Below, piece after piece: positions 58,974 to 64,000 of a stretch of DNA of 64,000 nt. Source of the DNA: Limnochordia bacterium (lineage in GTDB: Bacteria; Bacillota; Limnochordia; DTU080); contig JBMNJG010000007.1 of assembly GCA_050951545.1 (NCBI GenBank), forward strand, positions 416,001 to 480,000, given 5' to 3'. Both the position numbers and the translations under genes were made by a program. Numbering within the stretch: position 1 is the first letter of the stretch; every line of letters starts with the position of its first letter. The notes under the pieces are model-generated. The model was not told the origin of the DNA. It saw only the letters and a list, made by a program, of their open reading frames with translations, and made no database searches.

Positions 58974-59942
58974 TTAGGGAGTCGTGTAGGCTGGTACTAC
59001 TCGTATGTTCCCTGTATAGCTATCCACTGCAGCGACACTACGCACGCGTCCTTGCTCGTCCAACGCACAATCGACCTCGGTCAGATCGTTGATGGAGTCG
59101 AGCTCCAGGCGTTGATTTCCTATCTGGATGTAGCCACCTACGAGCCAGCGTGCTTGGGCTTCGGGATGGGGGCTGCGCCGATGATCGTCAAAGAAGCTCA
59201 GCACCACACTGAGATATTCCGGTAGGCGCAGATCGTGACCTAGGCCAGGCAACTCCACATAGGCGACTGGTTTGCTTAACTCCTCAGCGAAGGCCTTGTA
59301 GCGTCTGGCCATGACGACAGGTACCCGCGGGTCTTCCACGCCGTGAAAGATAAGTAGAGGAGCTCGCAAGTTGGGCAAAAGGTGGAGCCCACTGCGGGCT
59401 CGGTAGGCGTTGGGGTCTTGGTCAGGCGTCACACCTAGCCAGACATCCATTTCATCGCGAAACTCACCCACACGGTCGCCGTTGTACCACAGGGCATAGT
59501 CGGATATGCCACACAAAACGACGCCAGCTGCGAAGAAATGAGGGAACTTCGCCATAGCAGCGTATGTATTGCCCCCGCCTCCACTGCCTCCAAGGCAGTA
59601 GACAGTCTCTGGGTCACGGATAAACTCCGCGTAGCGTCGGCGGACGTAGTTTACGGCGTCGATGCCATCAAGCAGCTCCCAGCCATTGACGTCCGGCACA
59701 CCGCCACTTGGTCCTCGGCCTCGCATGTCGACGTTCACCACTACGAAATAGGGAGCCAGGACTTGGGCCATATGCCGGGCGCTCCTGCGCTCGCCGTGCC
59801 AACCGTGAAAGAGCAGCAGCAGAGGCGCTGGGTGAGCAGGTAGATAGACATCCGTGAATAACTGGCAATCCGTATCGCGAGAAGAAGAGTAGACGACGTC
59901 GTACTCTGCGCGCCAGGCGCTTGAGGTCGCATCGCTTGACAT
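58974..59942 (-). CDS. S9/prolyl oligopeptidase-like alpha/beta hydrolase
   Basis: LLFHGW, DMRGRG, GGSGGG nucleophile, FHG.ED..VP, GH. Confidence 0.82.
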   Translation of the reverse strand: MSSDATSSAWRAEYDVVYSSSRDTDCQLFTDVYLPAHPAPLLLLFHGWHGERRSARHMAQVLAPYFVVVNVDMRGRGPSGGVPDVNGWELLDGIDAVNYVRRRYAEFIRDPETVYCLGGSGGGGNTYAAMAKFPHFFAAGVVLCGISDYALWYNGDRVGEFRDEMDVWLGVTPDQDPNAYRARSGLHLLPNLRAPLLIFHGVEDPRVPVVMARRYKAFAEELSKPVAYVELPGLGHDLRLPEYLSVVLSFFDDHRRSPHPEAQARWLVGGYIQIGNQRLELDSINDLTEVDCALDEQGRVRSVAAVDSYTGNIRVVPAYTTP

Positions 59943-60014
59943 TCGGGGATCGCTCCTATCGGAATGATGCTGGTTTTCTTCATCGTAGCCGCCACGCAGT
60001 CCTGCACGGCACTT

Positions 60015-61715
60015 TCATGCGGTATCCATAGCGCGGTCAACTGCCTGCGGTACCTGTGCCAACGGCACAATCTTGGTCTCGCCAGTACGTCTGGAGATCA
60101 GTTCGGCACCCCCGGCAGCCAGAGATCGTTCGCCAACGGTGATGCGCAGTGGCATGCCCAGCAGGTCGGCATCCATGAACTTCACACCAGCGCTCACATC
60201 GCGATCATCGAATAGTACTTCATCTCTGCCCAGGGTGCTGTAGAGCTCTTCGGCCGCTGCGCGCACAGCATCACTCTTCCCAATCACCACTAGATGGCAC
60301 TTGTAGGGCGCCACTGCAGCTGGCCACATAATGCCGCGTTCGTCATGGCGGTGTTCGATGATGCAGGCCAGCAGCCTCGTGAGGCCAATGCCGTAGCACC
60401 CCATCAGCAGAGGACGCGATGTACCGTTTTCGTCGGTAAAACAGGCGTTCATCGCTGTTGAGTACTTTGTACCCAGTTGGAAGATGTTGGCCGCTTCAAT
60501 GCCCCGGCGGGTTTCCAGCGGGCTACCGCATTCGACGCAGGGCTGGCCTGCCTGAGCTAGGGCGATGTCGCCAACCAGGTCAGCAGTGAAATCACGGCCG
60601 TAGCGCACACCGACCAAGTGGAAGTCGGGTCGGTTGGCTCCGCTGACGAGATCGCCGCAGTCGGGTACGGAATCATCGGCCACTATCAGTACGGGCGCGT
60701 TTGTGTGGAGTCCAACGGGACCCGCGAAGCCCACACAAAGGCCGACTCGCTCGGCTTCTTCAGCGGAGAGAGTCTGAGCCTCCGCTCCTAACAGCTGGCT
60801 CAGTTTCTGCGGGTTCACGTCTAGATCGCCACGGATGAGCGCCAAGACCACTTGTTTGCCCGCAGCGTAGAAGACTGACTTCAGCGTTTCCTGCGGAGTG
60901 CAGCCCAGGTAGTCACAGAGATCAGCGATCGTTTTGCAGCCCGGTGTATGACTAGTCTCAAGGTCGCGCTCCTTCGCATCGCGGCTGGCAGCCCCTTTTT
61001 TCGCTTTGGCCACCTCTTGGTTCGCTGCGTAGTGGCATGCAGGGCAGACGACTAGCGTGTCTTCGCCTCTTGGGGCGATGAACATGAACTCGTGCGCGAT
61101 GAGTCCACCCATCATTCCGGTATCGGACTGCACCACCAGCACCGGAAGAGACAGACGCTCGAATATTCGCTCGTAGGCGTGGAAGACGGTGTGGTAAACG
61201 TCCTCCAGGCTACGCTGCGAGGCGTGGAAGCTGTAGGCATCTTTCATGAGAAACTCCCGCAACCGGATCAGGCCAGCGCGGGGGCGTGCCTCATCGCGGA
61301 ACTTTGTCTGAATCTGATACACAAGGAGAGGGAGTTGTCGGTACGAGTCGACCATCGACCCGACCAGGTCGGTCACGACCTCTTCATGCGTCATAGCCAG
61401 AACCATGGGGTGGCCTGTGCGATCGGTGAATCGGGCCAAGGTGGCGTCGAGTTCGCTGTAGCGACCGCTGGTCTCCCAGAGTTCTGCAGGTTGCACTAGC
61501 GGCAGAAGGAGCTCCTGGGCGCCGATGGCCTCCATCTCCTGGCGCACAATGTCTTCGATATGGCGGAGCGCCCGGTGTGCAAGAGGTGTGAGGCTGTAGA
61601 TGCCAGCGGCAACTCGTCGGATGAGACCTGAGCGCAAGAGTAATCGGTGGCTCGGTAGCTCGGCCTCGATCGGTGTGTGTTTCTGGGTTTTGCACAGTAG
61701 CTGGCTCAGGCGCAT
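60015..61715 (-). CDS. proS: proline--tRNA ligase (with INS editing domain)
   Basis: SHRLLLRSG, WETSGRY, THEE, KFRDE.RPR.GL.R.REF.MKDAYSF, MGCYGIG; GGAGG RBS. Confidence 0.97.
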   Translation of the reverse strand: MRLSQLLCKTQKHTPIEAELPSHRLLLRSGLIRRVAAGIYSLTPLAHRALRHIEDIVRQEMEAIGAQELLLPLVQPAELWETSGRYSELDATLARFTDRTGHPMVLAMTHEEVVTDLVGSMVDSYRQLPLLVYQIQTKFRDEARPRAGLIRLREFLMKDAYSFHASQRSLEDVYHTVFHAYERIFERLSLPVLVVQSDTGMMGGLIAHEFMFIAPRGEDTLVVCPACHYAANQEVAKAKKGAASRDAKERDLETSHTPGCKTIADLCDYLGCTPQETLKSVFYAAGKQVVLALIRGDLDVNPQKLSQLLGAEAQTLSAEEAERVGLCVGFAGPVGLHTNAPVLIVADDSVPDCGDLVSGANRPDFHLVGVRYGRDFTADLVGDIALAQAGQPCVECGSPLETRRGIEAANIFQLGTKYSTAMNACFTDENGTSRPLLMGCYGIGLTRLLACIIEHRHDERGIMWPAAVAPYKCHLVVIGKSDAVRAAAEELYSTLGRDEVLFDDRDVSAGVKFMDADLLGMPLRITVGERSLAAGGAELISRRTGETKIVPLAQVPQAVDRAMDTA

Positions 61716-61836
61716 GCTCGTCCTCCCTAGCGGACTTTGCCATAGGGTTCCATGGGAGGAGACGAAGTCCTGCGACAAGCGAAGACTCCACTAGTTGTGA
61801 TGGCGTCGTGAGCTTGCAGCAACCCGGCCTACACAC

Positions 61837-62913
61837 TTATCTCTCTGGCGTGCTTAGCTTCTGGTTGAGGTGACTGCAATAGGCGATAGGGTTGGTGTAG
61901 AGGGTACGAAACTCGTCATGCAGGCCAGCCTGAAGAAAGGTTATTCTCTGGTCTCGGGTGTTCACTTCAATCAACCACGGTTTCCCGTCAGTGTCAATGC
62001 CTACATCCAGGCCGAGGTCGGCGGCATAGTGATAGTGGCCCGCGACAGCTTGCGCAACGTCAAACGCCAGTCGGATGATTCTCTCTGGCAGAACAGCGGA
62101 GATTGAGGGCGCAAACGCGGCCTTGATGGCGTTCTCGCCGGGCATGGCATGGCCCCCTTGGGCGAGGTTGGTGAGGAAGGGGTGTCCGGTCGCCACTTTG
62201 GCTACCATACCCGCGACTACCCAGTTACCCTCGCCGTCTCGCTGCACTGGTACGCGCAGGTCGAAGGGTCTTCCCTCGTACTGAGCAAGGTTGATGCATT
62301 GCTGTAGCAGATAGCGGTGCGAGCTCATTCGAGTCCTGAGGTGCTTCCGCAGAGCGGGGCGGGAGAGCTCCCGCGTTGACTGGCCTGTCACGAGGACGCG
62401 CTGCTTTGACAGCGGCACGATTTTCAGAATGCCCTGACCAACCGACCCGATCTTGGGTTTCATGATCATGCTGTGTCCAGTATCTAGCTGCCTCCTAAGT
62501 TGGTACCAGCAGCTATCCCACGTTGGCGGGATGTGCCCGCTCGCCGATGCACTACCGGACAGAATCTGGTGCATCTTCTGCTTGCTCTGCATGCGGTGAG
62601 GGTTTACGAGTATAGTACCGCGGCGACGCAACGTGTCAAGAATCTGTAGCGGGGCGTTTGTCTGGTACAGCACCCGCTTATGAATGACTTTGGGAATTGG
62701 CGCGGCTTGTCTCTGCCAACCTTGCGAGGAGGGAACGTAGCCACGCAGGCTGTGACGGCGTACGCTGATGTCATTGATGGAAAACACGATGATATCAATG
62801 CCTTCTGCCAGGGCGATCTCTCTATACAGAGAAACTTGCTCGTGCGTTGGCCGATCCCGCAGAGCCCTGTGCAGCACAAGTCTATCGACCAGGATGCCAA
62901 TCCGATCTGACAC
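61837..62913 (-). CDS. YheC/YheD family ATP-grasp (spore-coat-associated) protein
   Basis: KP..GS.G.GI, YLLQQ.I.L....GRPFDLRV.VQR, TNL..GG, LGLD.GID..G..W.IEVN. Confidence 0.9.
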   Translation of the reverse strand: MSDRIGILVDRLVLHRALRDRPTHEQVSLYREIALAEGIDIIVFSINDISVRRHSLRGYVPSSQGWQRQAAPIPKVIHKRVLYQTNAPLQILDTLRRRGTILVNPHRMQSKQKMHQILSGSASASGHIPPTWDSCWYQLRRQLDTGHSMIMKPKIGSVGQGILKIVPLSKQRVLVTGQSTRELSRPALRKHLRTRMSSHRYLLQQCINLAQYEGRPFDLRVPVQRDGEGNWVVAGMVAKVATGHPFLTNLAQGGHAMPGENAIKAAFAPSISAVLPERIIRLAFDVAQAVAGHYHYAADLGLDVGIDTDGKPWLIEVNTRDQRITFLQAGLHDEFRTLYTNPIAYCSHLNQKLSTPER

Positions 62914-62958
62914 AGCATGTGCCCCTCTCTCTGGGTTCAGCGGTGGCGATGCCAGCCT

Positions 62959-63630
62959 CTAGACGCGGCTACGGCGCCTGGCTCTTCTGCGAACTCTGTA
63001 CCTCCACCACGCATGGCGTGATCGCCAGCCATAGGCATAGAGCACTCGCGTAGTAACTGGGCGTGGTGTTCTACGCAACCGAAGCGCACAACCCCGTGCA
63101 AAACGCACCTCGATGCCCCTCTGCCGAGCTACGGAGAGGAGGTATCTGATCGCGGGCCTTTGGCGCAGATACTCCCTGCGTTTGACGTCGATGCCCCATA
63201 GGCCAATGGTGTCGTAGCCTTCCGTGATGGCCAGAGCGATGAGGTAGGAGGCCGTGCTTGTAAAACATCGTCCAAACTCTTTTCGCAGTTTTCGCATGGG
63301 AAAGGGGACGCTATTGGGAATGCGCGGGTGTGTTCTCTGCATGTATACCGGACCGTTGAACTGGCGCATGAAACGCATATAGCCCTGAAAGGATCTACGT
63401 CCTGGCTTTTTCGTCGCCAGCTGCTGTCTCAGATCGGTGATAGCATGCAGCTCAAACCAGCGCGTGACTCTGGGGTAACGGTAGAGTCGACTGGAGAACC
63501 CCCAGATCTCCCATGATGGGTCGCGGTAGGGCGCTCGGCGGCGGGACGGACCACCGCCGACGATGGCTACCCTTTTGCGGGCAGCGGGTTTCGTAGAGCA
63601 GGTGCTGTCATCAGGCATGTCAATCCACAT
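62959..63630 (-). CDS. Arg-rich hypothetical protein, Rossmann-like N-terminus (possible GT29/Maf-like fold)
   Basis: VAIVGGGPS, WEIWG, RWFELH, FTSTASYLIALA, IGLWGID; poly-Arg tail. Confidence 0.6.
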   Translation of the reverse strand: MWIDMPDDSTCSTKPAARKRVAIVGGGPSRRRAPYRDPSWEIWGFSSRLYRYPRVTRWFELHAITDLRQQLATKKPGRRSFQGYMRFMRQFNGPVYMQRTHPRIPNSVPFPMRKLRKEFGRCFTSTASYLIALAITEGYDTIGLWGIDVKRREYLRQRPAIRYLLSVARQRGIEVRFARGCALRLRRTPRPVTTRVLYAYGWRSRHAWWRYRVRRRARRRSRV

Positions 63631-63649
63631 CCTTGGTCAAGGTGCTACC

Positions 63650-64000
63650 TTAGCGGCGTTTCCGGCGCCGCCGCCTCCTCCGCCACCAAGCCCTTGGAGA
63701 CTGCCAGTCATATCCGTAGAGCACGTCCGTGACTGTCAGAATGGGCGGTATCGGAATCCGTAGGGGACACCCTGGGGGGAGATAGACTTCAGTACCTTTT
63801 GTCCTCGCTACACCGAGCAGATACTCCACCCCAGGGCGTTGATGGGCGTAGACAGTCCGTTCCGTGAGGTGGATGCCCCAGACGCCTATGGTCTCGTATG
63901 CCTCCAAGATGGCCAGGGCGATCAGATAAGATGCGGTGCTGGTGAAGCACCTGCCAAGAGCGTCCAATGCCTCTTGCAGTGGGTACTCTACGCTCTTGGG
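63650..64000 (-). CDS. paralog of 62959-63630 (3' part; starts beyond window end)
   Basis: Shares GRCFTSTASYLIALAI.E.Y.TIG.WGI, QRP...YLL.VAR and VLY.Y.W.S..AWWR + poly-Arg. Confidence 0.75.
   Translation of the reverse strand, partial: PKSVEYPLQEALDALGRCFTSTASYLIALAILEAYETIGVWGIHLTERTVYAHQRPGVEYLLGVARTKGTEVYLPPGCPLRIPIPPILTVTDVLYGYDWQSPRAWWRRRRRRRKRR

Noticed and set aside
61716-61836. T-box leader for proS
   Set aside because: Only ~120 bp, with no GGTGGNACCGCG T-box motif.

Overview
GC-rich (roughly 55-60%, judged by eye) bacterial chromosome segment, most likely from a spore-forming Bacillota (inference from YheC/D, YkvI, HelD, PRK06851-like and YetF genes; the many orphan sugar-binding proteins suggest a Limnochordia-like lineage). 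It mixes housekeeping genes (nanE, helD, tex, nadE, speE, proS) with carbohydrate-scavenging genes (orphan sugar-binding proteins, large lyase-like proteins, AraC regulators) and many deletion-shredded gene fragments. The standout is a mobile module present twice (15541-19471 and 38878-42150): a non-coding tandem array of ~400-bp mosaic repeat units (6 and ~3.4 units) directly upstream of a ~355-aa protein with two winged-HTH domains and a C-terminal Vsr/DUF559-like nuclease domain. Copy 2 is bounded by ISKra4/ISLre2-type (p-MULT) inverted repeats, fused to an internally deleted mini-IS and flanked by a 9-bp target duplication. Copy 1 splits an ABC-transporter gene. Both insertions lie exactly 16 bp from a TTGAC hexamer, and a third, divergent remnant of the HTH gene sits at ~55.0 kb. 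An IS4/IS50-type element with a DUF4338-like N-terminus interrupts a tyrosine integrase remnant. All family calls come from motif recognition by eye, without database searches.
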